From contig CM026548.1 of the NCBI GenBank assembly GCA_014905635.1, forward strand, positions 682,001-746,000: a stretch of DNA of 64,000 nt, in the 5' to 3' direction. The position numbers and the translations under genes were made by a program. The notes beneath the pieces were generated by a model that was not told the origin of the DNA, did no database searches, and was given only the letters and a program-made list of their open reading frames with translations. The stretch's first letter is position 1; each line of letters begins with the position of its first letter. Below, piece after piece: positions 12,736-29,876 of this stretch. This stretch comes from Scenedesmus sp. PABB004. Lineage: Eukaryota.

Positions 12736-13065
12736 ATGGGCCGCCTCTCCCGGAGGACGATCCAATGCCGCGCCGCGCGCAAGAAGCGCGACCTGGCGCG
12801 CCTGGACGGCGGCGTTTCGGCGCGGCGGGCAGCGCAGATCACGTCGGCGACGTCGGTCGACTTTGACAAGCTCGCCCCGGAGTCGCTGCAGCGCTACCTC
12901 GCCGCGTTCCATCTCGTCGTCGGCGCGGCCGACCCGGTCGACGCGGTGTCGCAGCACTTTGCATTCCAGGAGGTCGTCGACGAGTCCAGCCTCCTCCGCG
13001 GCTTCGTCGCGGCGCTGCGCAAGGACAGCAGCAGCGACAGCAGCTGCCTCTCGTCGCGCTGCTGA
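12736..13065 (+). CDS. SAP30 Sin3-binding domain protein (AFR-like histone deacetylase complex subunit)
   Basis: Intronless ORF with VDFDKL..ESLQRY..AFHL..DAVSQHF..QEVVDESSLLRGFV, matching the SAP30 C-terminal pattern. Confidence 0.7.
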   Translation: MGRLSRRTIQCRAARKKRDLARLDGGVSARRAAQITSATSVDFDKLAPESLQRYLAAFHLVVGAADPVDAVSQHFAFQEVVDESSLLRGFVAALRKDSSSDSSCLSSRC

Positions 13066-13873
13066 GACCGACGCTGGCCGGCCCGCCGCCGCGCCGCGAC
13101 GGGCGGGGCTGGCGGGTCGCGGCGGCGGCGGCGGCGGCGGGCCCGCCGCCGCCGCCGGCGGCCGGACGGACACACCATCGGACCGAGGGCGGCCTGCCGC
13201 CTCTCCTCGCGCAGCTGCAGCCGGGCGCGCGCCCGATCGCGGGCGCCAAGGTTTTGCGCGGACCCTGAACTCAACTTGACCCGAACCAACCCCTTCTTTT
13301 GTTGCTGCTGCTGCTCGTGTTTTTGTTCGTGCGGCGCCGCGCGCGCGCGCGCGACACCGCCCGGCCAGCGCTGGGTCTGGTGCGCGCCGCGCGGCGGCCG
13401 GCGCGCGCTTGTGCGGCGCACGCGCCGCTCGCTGCACGCTGCCGCACGCCACGCGTCGTCGCGTGGCGCCCCCAGCCCGGACCCGGACCCCCCCGAAGAA
13501 GCAGAAGAAGTTCACGGTTTGTTGCTGTGTGTTTTGTCGCCCTTTTTGCGAGGAGCGTTTCGTCGTCGTCGAGGGTAAGCTCCGCCGACTGCGAGCGCGC
13601 GGTTGAGCGCCCCGCTCCGCCGCCGACCTGCCGCCGCAGCGTTCCGAGGCCGGCGCACTCCCCCAACGAGCTCCCACACCTCAGACACACACACCGCACA
13701 CACCTCCCCCGCACGCGCGCGGTCGCCTGCGCGCGGGACGAGCCACGTTGCGACGGAGCAGCACGCGCCGCAGCAGCGCGTGCTCACGGACCATGGCGGC
13801 ACCGACAGTGCCGCCCAGCCCGGGCGCGTGCTAGCGCGGGCGGCGGACCCGCAGCGTCGGCCCGTCGCCCGCG

Positions 13874-18051
<4,178 letters not shown>

Positions 18052-18512
18052 GCCGGCGTGAGGCCGCGACTGGCCAGTCGCGGGGCGTCTCTTGTGGGAG
18101 CGTTTTCTCTTACAGTCGGGTCGGCGACGGGCCGCCGCAACACACTGCGCCGTGGTGGCGCCCGCGACGGCCCTTGCTCAAGCACTTGAGCACTGCCTGC
18201 TGCTTCTTTTTGCGCCTGCTGGCGCAACACTTGCACCGCGCCGCGCGGCCTCGGCGGTGCCCTCTGACCGCTTGCTGCGAGCCCGCACACCTGTTTTTCG
18301 CCTGCCTTGAGGCGTTTTGCCCAGCGTTTTGGTTGGCGGCCGACCCCTTGCGTCGGCGTGTGCGGCTGCCTGTTCGACTGCTTTCCGGCTGTTGCGACGC
18401 ACCGCTCGGCCGCCGCCGCTGCAACGATGCCCAGGCAAGCCCAGGCAAGCCCACGCGGCAGCGCATTCCCTCCCGCCACCGCCGAGCCGCTCCACACACG
18501 CCGGCAGCCGCC

Positions 18513-19603
18513 ATGCAGCTCTCGCGCGCCGCGCAGCCCGCCCGCGCGGCCCCGGCCGCCGCGCCCCGCCCGCCCGCGCGCGCCGCTGGCCGCGCCGCCG
18601 GCCGCCTCGCCGTTCGCGCGAGCGTCGTGGAGGTGGCAGATGCCGTCGGGGCCGCCGCCGTGCCGCGTGAGCGCCGCCGCGGTCGCGTGTGGCCGGCGGC
18701 ACTCGCAGCAGTAACCCGCCGCCCGCGCTCAATCCAGCGCCCGGCAGGCGGCCGCGCCCTCGTGATCGTGGCTGCCGTTGTCGCGCCAGCAGCGACCGGG
18801 CGCGCCTGGGCGCCTCACGGCGCGCCTCACCCGCGCCGCTGCTGCTCGCCGCCGCCCCGCGCCGCGCTCAGTGTACGAGCTCGCGGGCGCGCAGGGCATT
18901 CGCGCCGCCCTGACGCCGGCGGCCGACTACTTCTCTACGCTGGGTGTGCCCGACTGGCTGGTCCACTGGGGCCACCCCGGCAACATGGTGCGCGCCCCGC
19001 GCGCGCGGCACAGCGCGCGCCGGCCCGCCGCCGCCCCCCCCCCTCGCCGCCCGCCGCCGCGCCTGCACAGCGCGCTCCGGCCCGCTGCCGCGCCGCGCCG
19101 GCCCCCCGACACGCCCGCTGCCGCGGACCAGGCGGTGGTCCTCCTTGCGATGGGTGGATATGGAAGCTACCTCGGATGGCAGATCCGCCTCTCCGACGAC
19201 GGCGACCTCGTGGCCAAGGCCAAGGACCTGCACCCCAAGCTCACGGCGGGCATGTTCTTTTTCTTCGCCCTCGGCGCGACCGGGGGCATGATGAGCCTGA
19301 TCATGCAGGGCAAGCCCATCTTTGAGAGCTCCCACGTCTGGACGGGCCTCGCCGGCCTCAGCCTGCTGTCGCTGCAGGCGATGCTGCCGCTGTTCTTCTC
19401 GGAGGGCGCCGGCGCGCGCACCGCGGTGCGGTGCGCGCCGCGCCCGCGACCGCGCCGCCGCCCGCGCCGCGCTCGCCGCCGCGGCCCGCCCGCTGAGACG
19501 CGCCCCCGCGCGGCGCGCGTAGCACGCGTACCTGGGCACGGCCATCATGGCGCTCTTCGTAGTCCACGGCGCCCTGGGGCTGCAGCTTGGGCTCAGCATC
19601 TGA
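18513..19603 (+). CDS. DUF4079-like chloroplast membrane protein
   Basis: Transit-peptide-like N-terminus, then WLVHWGHPGNM/AVVLLAMGGYG, DLHPKL, ESSHVWTG, HAYLG, ending GLQLGLSI*. Confidence 0.8.
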
Positions 19604-20261
19604 GCAGTGCGACGCCGGCGTCCGCCGACGCCGGCGGCGGCCGGCCGCCCGACGATTGGGCCCGCGCTCACCGCCGCCGCCGACGCGGCGGCGTCCGCCC
19701 CCAATGAAAGCGGCGCGCGGGCGCTCCGTGGCGCCGCTGCCGCGCTGGGGTATGTGTGTTCATCGCTTTGCCGCGCGTGGCGCGCGCATTCGCCGCCCCG
19801 CGGCCGCGCGGCACCTGGCTTCTCGCTGCTGCTGGTCCCGGCGGTGACGCAGGCACTCGCGGCCCGCCGCCGCGATCAGGCACGCCGCGCAGGCCGTGGC
19901 GTGGCGCTCGGGCAACTCACCCGCATTTTCGGCCCCTCTCCGCGGCTGCAGGCAGTGAGCAGACGCAGGGCTCTGCAGCGCGGCCCCGCCGCGGTCGCGC
20001 CCCGTCGCGGCCCCGGCCCGACCGCAGCCGCTCTATTCGTGGCCTCACCCCGCCCGCACACTCGCGGCGTCGCGGCGCCGACAGAGCTCGCCGCACCGCG
20101 GCCCAGCCGCTGGCGCGGCAGGTGGCGCGGGAGGAGCAGGCTCGCGCCCGTGCGTGCGGTCCGAGGCGTTCGTTCGGCCACGGCCGGCGCGGGCGGCGCT
20201 CGGTGCCGCGGGCGGGCGCACATTAGCGAGAGGATGCCGCGGGCCGCCTGAGCGCGCGCAC

Positions 20262-23200
20262 ATGGCCCGCACCATGGCCGCGAGCGGTCGGGCGCTGCTG
20301 GCGGCCCTGCTGCTGGCCGCAGCTGGCGCGGCGGTGAGTGCAGGCGCGCGGGCGGGCCGCACGGCTGGGCGCCCGGCCCTGGCCCACACCCGCCCGGCGC
20401 GCCCGCAGGTCGCCAGCCCCGGCCCGGCGGCGTTCGGTGATGCCTGGACCTCGGAGGCCGCCCTCAGGTGGGAGACAGCGGCCGGGGCGCGCTGGCGGGG
20501 CGCCGCGGCGCTGGGCGCGGCGGGCCCGCGCCTCCTGCCGGCCGGGCGCGCGCGGGGGGGCCTGCATTGCCCGGCCCCCGACGCCGTCCCGGCCCGCCCC
20601 GCTGCTTCGCCGCCCGCGCGCAGGCAGCGGCGGTCGCTGCTGGGCGCGACGCAGCAAATCTCGCAGTGCGAGTGGCTCTCTGGTGCGCCCGCCGCGCCAG
20701 CGGCCCGCCCGCCGCGCCCGGCGGGCGGCCGGCGGCCGGATACACCGCGGCGACGGGCCGCGGCAGCGCCCGCGCGCGCCGGCGCCGCGGGGTTGGCAAC
20801 GCTGCTGCCGAACGCCGCGCCGCTGCCGCCGCCGCCGCCGCCGCTGCAGGCGAGGGCTGCGCGCTGCACCCAGCCTACGTCACCTACACCCTCAACCACA
20901 CCGGCACCGACGTGGTGGCGTCCTACGTTGCAAACTCACTCTCCTGCGCGAGCGTGCTCGACAAGAGTGCGCTAAGCGGCGGCGGCGGCGGCGCGGCGGC
21001 GCTGCAGCGGGCGGCAGCGCGCGCCGCCGGCGCCTCCCGCGCGCGCGCGCTCACGCCCGCGCCCGCGCGCGGCCGCAGGCGCGTGCGAGGGCGCGGGCTA
21101 CTGCCACTGGGACCCCGCGTACGCGAGCGGGCAGCAGGGCTGCTTCCTGCACGACGCGGCGCTGCTGGGCCTGCAGGCGTCGTGCGTGAAGCCCGCGGCG
21201 GCGGCGCCGCTCGCGGCGCTGCAGCAGTGCATGGCCGCGCAGCGCAGCTGCCAGTGCAGCACCGCGAGCGGCGAGGCGGCGGGCGGCGCGGGCGCGTGCC
21301 TCGTGCGCCAGGCGCAGCTGCTTGCTGGCTTCAGCGGCAAGCCCAAGGTCTGCCAGTCCCTGCTCGGCTGCTGGCTCTCGGCGCTCAACGGCAGCAGCCC
21401 CGACGTCACGCAGCTCGTGGAGGTGCAGCTCGCGGTCGTGCAGCCGGCGCTCGCGGCGCTCGCGTCGCCCGCCGCCGGCGACGGCGCGGCCGCGGCCGCG
21501 GCGGCGAGCCCCGCGGGGCGCCGCCGCCGCGGCCTGCTGCAGGCGCTGCCGGCGCTGAGCGCGCCCGTCACGGACGACCCCGCGCCGACGCCGGCGCCCG
21601 TCGGCCCCGACGACATGGGCGGCCTCATGCTCGAGAGCGGCTCGTATCCGGCCGCCGGCGTCGGCGGCGGCGGCGGCGCCGCCCCGTCGCGCGCCGGCGC
21701 GGCGGCGGGCGGGCCGAGCGTGGGCATGAACGGCGTCATCCTCAGCGACGACCGCGGCGCGGCGCCGAGCCCCGTGGGCAGCCCCGTGGAGTACGGGCGC
21801 AACGTGCCGGGCCTGCAGTCGACCGGCGGCGCGGGCGGGAGCATGAACGACGCATACCAGCTCGAGAGCGGCTCCGGCGGCGACGGCGCGGCGTGGGGCG
21901 GCGACGCCGCGCCGGTCGACCCCGACGCCGTCTTTGGCGGCGGGTCGGGCGCTGGGTCCGGCGCGGGCGCCGGCGGCGCGGGCGCGGGCGCCGCGCCCGC
22001 CGACGCGGCGCCGGCCGGCGGCGACGCGCCCGCGAGCTTCTGGCGCTGCGCCGGCGCCGCGGCGGCCAAGGCCGACACGACGCGCAAGTGGGCCGACGTC
22101 GACTACAACTCCAAGTCGCTCTCGCTCGGCACGTGGGCGCGCGTCATCGCGCCGACGGCGCTCGTCGACTGGGGCGTGCAGACGCTCGAGTGCTTCAAGG
22201 CGGAGGTCGCCGCGCTGCCCGGCGGCGCGGGGCCCGACGCGGCGCGGCCCAACAAGGAGAGCGCCGAGTATGCGATCGTCGGCCTCATCCGCTCCTTCTC
22301 AGCCGCGGGCGACGCGCTGCGCGGCTTCCTGCAGGCCGCGCCCGCGGCGCGGCCGGGCACCGCGGCCGCGGGCCTGCGCCGCCTGTCGGGCGAGGTGCTG
22401 CCGGGGCAGCTCGCCGCGCTGCGGGCCAAGTACTCGCCCGGCGGGCCGTACGGCCGCGACGTGCTGCTCCAGGCCGCCGCGCTGCTGGCCGACATGCAGT
22501 GGTTCCTCGCCGACGCGGGCGGCCTGCTCGGCGGCGCGGGCGGGCCCGACGGCGTGGCGCAGGTCGTCGAGGGCGTGGCGGGGTACGTCGAGGACATGAT
22601 GCGCCGCTCGCTCTACTGGCTCTTTGCGCTCCAGTTTGGCGGCCCGCCCGCGTACCTGCCCGCGGCGCCGCCGTCGACGCCCGCGAGCGAGGCGGCGATG
22701 GCCGCGTACGACGGCCTCGCGGCGGCGGCCTTCCCCGCGCCCGCGCTCGCGGCCGACGCGCCGGCGTGGCAGCAGCTGCGCGGCATGCTCGACGCGAGCG
22801 CGGGCGCCGCGGCGGCGGCCGCCGCGGCGGCGCCCCGCGGCGGCGCGCTCTCGCCGGCGGCGCTGCTCGGCAACACCGTCGACGCGCTCGCGGCGGCGCA
22901 CGAGCAGGACTTTTGGGGCGGCGCCTGGAGCTCGCGCGCGCGGGCGCGCCGCCGGCGTCGCGCGCGCTCGCGCTGCTCGACCCCGAGCAGGCCGCGGCGC
23001 GGTGGGCGCCGCTGCGCGGCCCGCAGGTCGCGCTGCTCGGCGAGCTGCAGCGCGTCGTCGCGGCCGCGGGCGCGGGCGGGTCGGACGCCGCCGCGCTCGC
23101 GGCGCTGCCGCGGTCGCTGCGCGAGCTCGTCGCGGCGAGCCGCTCCTTCCTGGTCACCGGCACGGAGGCGCCCGACGCCGAGCGCACGCTCGTCGACGCG

Positions 23201-25453
23201 CTGAGCTACTCGGAGTGGCTCGCCGGCCTGCTGCGCCAGTGCAAGGGCAGCCCCGCGGGCCTGCCCCCGCTCGGCGCGGGCGCCGCGGCGGCGGCGGGCC
23301 TGCCGGCCACGCGCGTCGCCGCGTGCGCGGCGCTCGGGGACGAGACGCAGCGCATCGCGGCGGCCACGCTCAGCGGCGCGGGCGACGTGCTCGTGTCGAC
23401 GCTCGGCGCGCAGCTCACGCGCCAGTGGGCGTGCAACAGCGTCGCCCCGGGCGGCTGCGCGACTGCGCCGGGCTGCCAGCTCGCGCTCGCGGGCACGGTC
23501 ACGCCCGGCAGCGCGGGCGCGGCGGGCGCCGCCGCGCCGGCCGCGGCGGCGAGCGCGGAGCTCCTGCTCGGCGGCGGCGCGTCGGGCGGCCCGACGCTCG
23601 CGTGCCAGGCGACCGACGCGGCGCTCGTGCTGACCAGCTGGACCAACGCCAGCAAGTCTGCCCTCGCGGCGGGCGGCTCCTGCGAGGATTTCTTGCTCCT
23701 GCCCGACTGCGAGGCGCTGCCCGCGGCGGCGACGTGCAACAACTACGGCGCCTGCCGCTGGGAGCCCGGCGCGCAGCGCGACCTGCTGCACACCGCGGGC
23801 GGCAACGCCTCGGCCGCCGGCGGCGGCGCGGCGCCGCCGCCCGGCGCCAAGGGCGGCTGCGCGGTCGACTGGGTCGCGGTGCTCAAGAGCGGCGGCGGCG
23901 CCGCGTACGCGCCGCTTGGCAGCATGGCCAGCCTGTGTGGCGGCATCGCCGACGCGGCGACGTGCGGCGCGCAGTCTATGATCATCTCCCTCGACGCGAC
24001 CGTCGGCGCGGCGGCGCCGAGCATGGCGCGCGTGTGGGTCCCCGCGCTCGTTGTCGCGACGGTGCTCGGCCTCGTCGCCTTTGGCGCGGCCGTGCTCTGG
24101 CGGCGGCGCTCCGCGCTCGCGCGCCGCGCGGCCGAGGAGGCGGCGGCCGCCGGCGGCGGCGGCGCCGGGTCGGGCCGCGGCGGGCGCCGCGGCGCGCGCG
24201 GCGGCGCGGCGCGCGGCGACGGCGGCAAGGGCGCCAAGGGCGCCAAGGGCGGCGCCGCGGGCGGCGCCAAGAAGAAGGTCAAGCGCGCCGAGCCGGGCAG
24301 CTACAAGCCCGACCTCATGCGCGACTCGTTCACCGACTACATGCGCGCCGCGCCGCAGCAGTTCACCGCGGGCGTCGCGCTCGCGCGCGCCGCGCAGGCG
24401 GCGGGCGGGCTCGACGCCGCGCTCGCGGCGGGCGACGTCGCGGGCGGGCACGCGCTCGGCGGCGGCGGCGGCGGCGGCGCGCACGGCCAGCCGCCCGCGG
24501 CGGCGGCGGCGCACGCGCCGCCGGCCGGCGGGCTGGGCCTGGGCATGGGCGCGCCGCTCGCGGCGCCGCGCGGGCCGGGCGGGCTCGGCGTGCCGCGCGT
24601 GAGCGGCTCGCTGCCGCCGCTGCCGCCCGGCGCGCACGCCGGCGGCGGCGCGGGCGGCGGGCCGTCGGACCTGATCGACCTGCAGGGCGGCGGCGCGGCG
24701 CAGCAGCAGCAGCAGCACCACCTGCACCAGCCGCACGCGCCCGCGGGCCTCCCGTACGGCGCGGGCGGCGGGCTGTGGGGCGCGGCCGGCGGCGGCGGCG
24801 GCGGCCGCCTCAGCGGCGGCGGCCTGAGCGCGGGGCTCAGCGGCGGCCTGCTCAGCGGCGGGCTGTCCGGCGAGGTCGACCTTCTCGACACGGGCGCCAG
24901 CCTCGCGCTCACGAGCAGCCTGGGGCTGGTGAGCTCGCTGCCGCAGCACGCCAGCCTGCAGCCCGACATGGCGGCGCTGCTCGGCGCGGCGGCGGGCGCG
25001 GCGGCGCCGCTGCAGGCGCCGCACGCGGGTGGCGGCGAGCTGCGGCTCGGCCTGCCGCGCGGCGGCGGCGGCCGCCTCGGCGCGCCCGGCGCGGCGGCCG
25101 ACGGCGGCGGCTCCGGCGCGCTGCTGCTGGGCAGCCGGGCGAGCGGCGACATCGAGGACGGCGCGTCCACGCCGACCAGCAGCTGCTGCCACGACAGCGT
25201 GTGCACGTTCCGGCACGGCGCGGGCAGCAGCGTGGGCAGCGGCCCGGCGCGGCCGGGGCCGGGCAGCGCCGCGGGCAGCTGGCGCGGCGGGCCGCGGCCG
25301 CCGAGCGCCGCGCGCGGCGGCGCGAGCGCGAGCGGGCTCGCGGGCGCGCTGTCGGGCGCGCACAGCGGCGCGCTGAGCCGCAGCAGCTGGAGCAGCGCGC
25401 TCTCGACCGACATGCTCATGTCGAGCCAGCACTCGGCGGTGGTTGACCCCTGA
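20262..25453 (+). CDS. Large type I membrane protein with a Cys-rich ectodomain; function unknown
   Basis: Signal peptide (RALLAALLLAAAGAA), spliced Cys-rich exons, a single TM (VWVPALVVATVLGLVAFGAAVLW then RRR) and a Gly-rich tail. One frameshift near 22927. Confidence 0.65.
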
Positions 25454-25985
25454 GCGCTGCCCGCCAGTGGCGGCGCGGGCGCCGCCGCCGGGCCGCAGGC
25501 TGTGTACATGTTGTGTTGCTGTGTTGCTATGTGCTGCTGCTGCTGTGCCGCTCGTGCGCAACGCATGCCGCGCGCGCGCGCGCGCGCGTGCAGCTGCTGC
25601 GCGTGACTGCTGAGGAGAAGAGCAGGGGACCCTTTGGGGCGAGGGGGGCTGCGCCGCAGCATCATCACGACTGACGCGCCGCGGCGCGGGACCGACCGAC
25701 GCGGCTATCCGGGCGCGCGGGCGGGCGCGTGGCACACGCTTCCCTGACCCGCTCCTGACACACACACCACCCACCGCCCCCTTGAAACACAGGGGGCCGC
25801 CGGCTGCGAGGGGGGTGTGGGGAGGGGGGACCCCTGCTTTGCTGCGTTGGGGGCGGGGCGGAGGGATGAGGCGCGCGTCCGATGTACATCGTTGCGCGAG
25901 GCGGCGTGCAGCCTGTGCTGCGCGGCGGCCCCCCGCCGGCGCGCCGCCGCCGGCGGCGGAGCTCTATAGCCTGTTGGACTGTTGC

Positions 25986-25990
25986 TGTAA
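25986..25990 (+). promoter_or_regulatory. TGTAA polyadenylation signal
   Basis: TGTAA about 530 nt after the stop codon at 25453. Confidence 0.4.
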
Positions 25991-26386
25991 CTTGTCCTGT
26001 CCCCTGTTGCGGCGCGCCGGGAGCGTTGGGGCCAGCCCGCGTGCGACCGGCCAGGCGCGCAGCCTCGGCCGCGGCGCCGCCGCCCTCGCACGTCGTGCCG
26101 CGTCGCGCGCGCGCGTTCCGGGGCTCTAGGGGCCCGCGGAGAGCTCCCGGAAGCAGACCGGGGGCTCGGCCGCGCGGGTACGGCGCGATGACCAGCTTGT
26201 CAGTTCAGCGTGTACTCGAACGCCCGTGCGGGCGGGTCGCTCGTCCATTCAAGCTGCCGCACGCGCCACGCATCGACACTTCCATCTCACCAGCCCTCTC
26301 GGCAGCTCGCCGACCGCTAGGCGCACCACCCAGGCCGCCCGGACAAGCTCCGAAACCATCCCCGCAACGCTCGCAGCCGCACAGCC

Positions 26387-29300
26387 ATGCTGACGGCCGC
26401 GCGGCCGCTGCAGCGGCCCGCCGGGTCGCTGCGATCGCGCCGCGACTGCGCGCCCGTCTCTCGCGCCTGCGCGTCCGCGCTCGCGCCGCGCCCGGCCGTC
26501 GCGCGGCCCCACCCGGCCGCCAGGCCCCGCGCCGCCCCTCGCACGAGCACCAGCATCGCAAGCTCGTTCGTCGGCGGCGCCCAGGTGCGCGACGCGCGCC
26601 GGGCCGGGGGACGACAACCGATCGCGGCGCTCGTGCAGCGGTTCCGGCCTGCGCAGCGCGCCGCGCGGCCTGCGCGCCGTTCGCGGACGTTACCGAAACC
26701 ACACCGCTGCTGCCGCCGTCGCCTCGTCGGTCCGCAGACCGCGCCCGCCGCCAAGGCGCCGTCGCGCGGCGGCGCCGCCGAGCCCGCGCCGCCGGCGGCG
26801 GCCCGCCCGCGCGTCGTCGTGCTGGGCAGCGGCTGGGGCTCCATGTCGTTCGTCAAGGCCCTGCCTCGAGAGATTAGGTGCGGCGTTCGTCAAGGCCCTG
26901 CCCAGCGATGGCGCGCGGAGCGCACGCCGCCGAGGTGCAGCTCCGGGGTTCTCGCCGCCGGTCAAACGCGCCGACCGCGCCGCCCGCCTGGCTGTAGGGA
27001 CGCGTATGAGGTGGTCGTGGTCTCGCCGCGCAACCACTTTGTCTACACGCCGCTGCTGGTGCGCCCGCTCGCCGCGCCGCGCCGCGCCGTGCGCCGCCGC
27101 GCCGCGCCGCGCCGCGCCGCGCGCGCGCGCGCGCGCGCGCCCGTCGCTGCCGCCCGCGCGCGCCCACGGGCATGCGTGCGCGCGCAGCCCGCGGTCGCCG
27201 CCGGCACGCTGGAGGAGCAGAGCATCGTGGAGCCCGTGCGCAGCATCCTGCACGGCAAGGTGCGGGGCTGTCAGCGGCTTCTGGGGGCCCCCGTCGCGCG
27301 CGCCCTGCGCGGCCACGCACCGCCACCACGCCCACGCCCGCGCGGCCGGCGCGGCTGCCGCCGCCGCGCAGGGCACCTACTACGAGGCGTCCTGCACCGA
27401 CGTCGACCCGCGCACCAAGACGCTCACGCTCGCGTTTGCGGGCGGCGGCGCCGCCGACGCCAAGGCGCCCGCGTCGTTCAAGCTGCACTACGACCTCCTG
27501 GTCGTCGGGGTGAGCGGCGGCAGCAACGCGCGAGGCAGGCGCAGCGCGCGACACAACGATCGCCCGCCGCGCCGGCGGCCGCGGCGCCGCGCCGCGCGGG
27601 CGCCCGGCGGAGCGGGGCGGCGCGCGTCGACCCCGCGCGGCCGCGCACGCGCCGCCTGCCGCAGGTCGGCGCCTCGATCAACACCTTTGGCGTGCGCGGC
27701 GTGGAGGAGCACTGCGTGACGTTCAAGACGCTCGCCGACGCGCACGGCCTGCGCCTGCGCGTGACCGACTGCTTCGAGCGCGCCGCGCTGCCCATCGTGA
27801 GCGCGCGCGCGCGCGGCGGCGCGGGCCCGGTCGCGCGCAGTGAGCGCCGCGCCGCGCGTTGCCGGCCCGCCCGCCGACGCTGCGTCCGCGCGCGCAGACC
27901 ACCAACGCGGAGCGCGCGCAGCTGCTGTCATTTGTGGTCGTCGGCGGCGGGCCCACGGGCGTGGAGGTGGCGGCGGAGCTGCATGACATGATCCACGAGG
28001 ACCTCGCGGTGAGCGGGCCCGCGGGGTTTTACTGGGCTCAGAGTTCAGGGTTGAGGGCTTAGGGTTTAGGACTGAGCACACACACAAGGGCCGCCACGAC
28101 GACGCCTCCCGCCCCGCCCTGGTCGCCAGGCGCTGTACCCGGGGCTGCTGCCCTTTGTGAGCGTGCGCGTGGTGGAGCTGACCGACGCCATCCTCTCCAG
28201 CTACGACCGCAAGGTCGGGTCCTACGCGGCCAAGGAGTTTGAGCGCCGCGGTGCGGACGCGCGGCGGCGCGGCTCGGCGCGGTGTGCGCGCGGCCGGCCC
28301 AGGCGCGGGCTGCCAGTCAGCCAGCTCACCTCGCCGTGTGCCACGCCCCGCCGCACCGCCGCGCCGCCAGGCATTGAGCTGCTGCTCAACCACCGCGTGG
28401 TGGGCGTGGAGGCGGGCCGCCTGCTTGTGGCCGCGCCCGATGGCGCCACACGCGGGCTGCCGTTTGGCGCGGCCGTGTGGGCCACCGGCATCGCGCGGCA
28501 CCCGCTCGTCAAGGCACTGCAGTCCCGCCTGCCCGGGCAGAGCCACTCCAGGCGCGCGCGCTGCGGCGGGGCGGGCGCGGGGGCCGCCACAGCCGCGCGG
28601 GCGCGCCGCCGCGCGGGCGCGCCGCTGACGCCGCGCGGCGCGGTCCCCGGCGCGCGCGCAGGTGCCTGTACACCGACGACCACATGCGCGTGTGCGGCGC
28701 GGACGGCAGCATCTGGGCCTTTGGCGACGCGGCGACGCTGCACCGCGTGGCGCCCGCGGAGCTCGCGGACGAGCTCTGGCGCCGTGCCGACGCCAAGGTG
28801 CGGTGCGCCGGCCGCGGCCGCCGCCGCGGCACGGGCCGCCCTGCCACGCTCTGTGCGCGCTCTGCGCGGCCGCGCTCGGCACGGCGCGCGCCGCCGACAC
28901 GCGCCCACGCGCGCTCCGCGGCCGCAGGACGGCCGCGTGCCGCTGCAGGAGCTGCAGCGCCTGCTGCGCGAGGCGAGCCGGGCCGACTTCGCACTCAAGC
29001 CCCACGCCGACTACCTGGAGGCGCAGGGCAACGGCTTCCTGGCGATAGTGGCGCGCGCGCTGCGCCGCGCCAACCGCCGCGCCGCGGCCGGCAACGGCAA
29101 CGGCAACGCCAGCGTGGCCAGCGTGTCCAGCGTCGACGGTGCCGCGACGTCGAGCTCCGACGGCGGGGACGCCGCGGCGCCGCTGGGCTCGCCCGACGGC
29201 CGCCTGAGCCGCGCCGAGTTTGCGGCGGTGCTGCAGCACGTGGACGCCGGCCTGCGCACGCTGCCCGCGACCGCGCAGGTGCGCGCGCGCCGCGCCGCTC

Positions 29301-29876
29301 CGCGCCGCGCGGGGCGGCGCCCAACGCCGCGGCGCCGCGCTGGCCCTCACGCGCCCGCCCCGCCCCGCCCTGCCTTGGCGCGCAGGTCGCGGCGCAGCAG
29401 GGCGCCTACCTGGCCGACCTGCTGGCGGCGAGCTGCTTTGACGCGGCGGCCGGCCGCGTGGAGCTGCCGCGGTCCAAGGCCGCATCGCCTTTCAAGTACT
29501 TCCACAAGGGCGCGCTGTGCTACATTGGCCGCGACCGCGCGGCGATGGACGCGCCGGTGCTCGGCGCGGTCGTCGGCCCCGAGGCCGGGCTGCTCTGGCG
29601 CGGCTACGAGACGATCGCGCAGGCGCGCACAGCACGCGCAGCGCGCGCAGCGCGCGCAGCGCGCGCAGCGCGGGGCGCGGGGCTTGAGGCGCGCAGCGCA
29701 CGCAGCGCGGGGTGCTGGGCACGGTGCAGGGCGCACGGCGCGGCGGCGCGGCATGACGCGGCCCGTCCGCGCGGGGCCGCCGGCCGCTCGCGCAGATCAG
29801 CGGCCGCAACCGGACCGCTGTGGCTCTCAACTGGGTCAAGACAAAGCTCTTTGGCCGCGCCATCTCCAACGTGTGA
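26387..29876 (+). CDS. Type II NAD(P)H:quinone oxidoreductase (NDB/Nda2-like), organelle-targeted
   Basis: [75 protein letters not shown]. Has an EF-hand-like insert and an N-terminal targeting peptide. Confidence 0.92.
28030..28071 (+). repeat. Degenerate interstitial telomeric (TTTAGGG-like) repeat in an intron
   Basis: Consecutive 7-mers tactggg ctcagag ttcaggg ttgaggg cttaggg tttagga. Confidence 0.55.
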
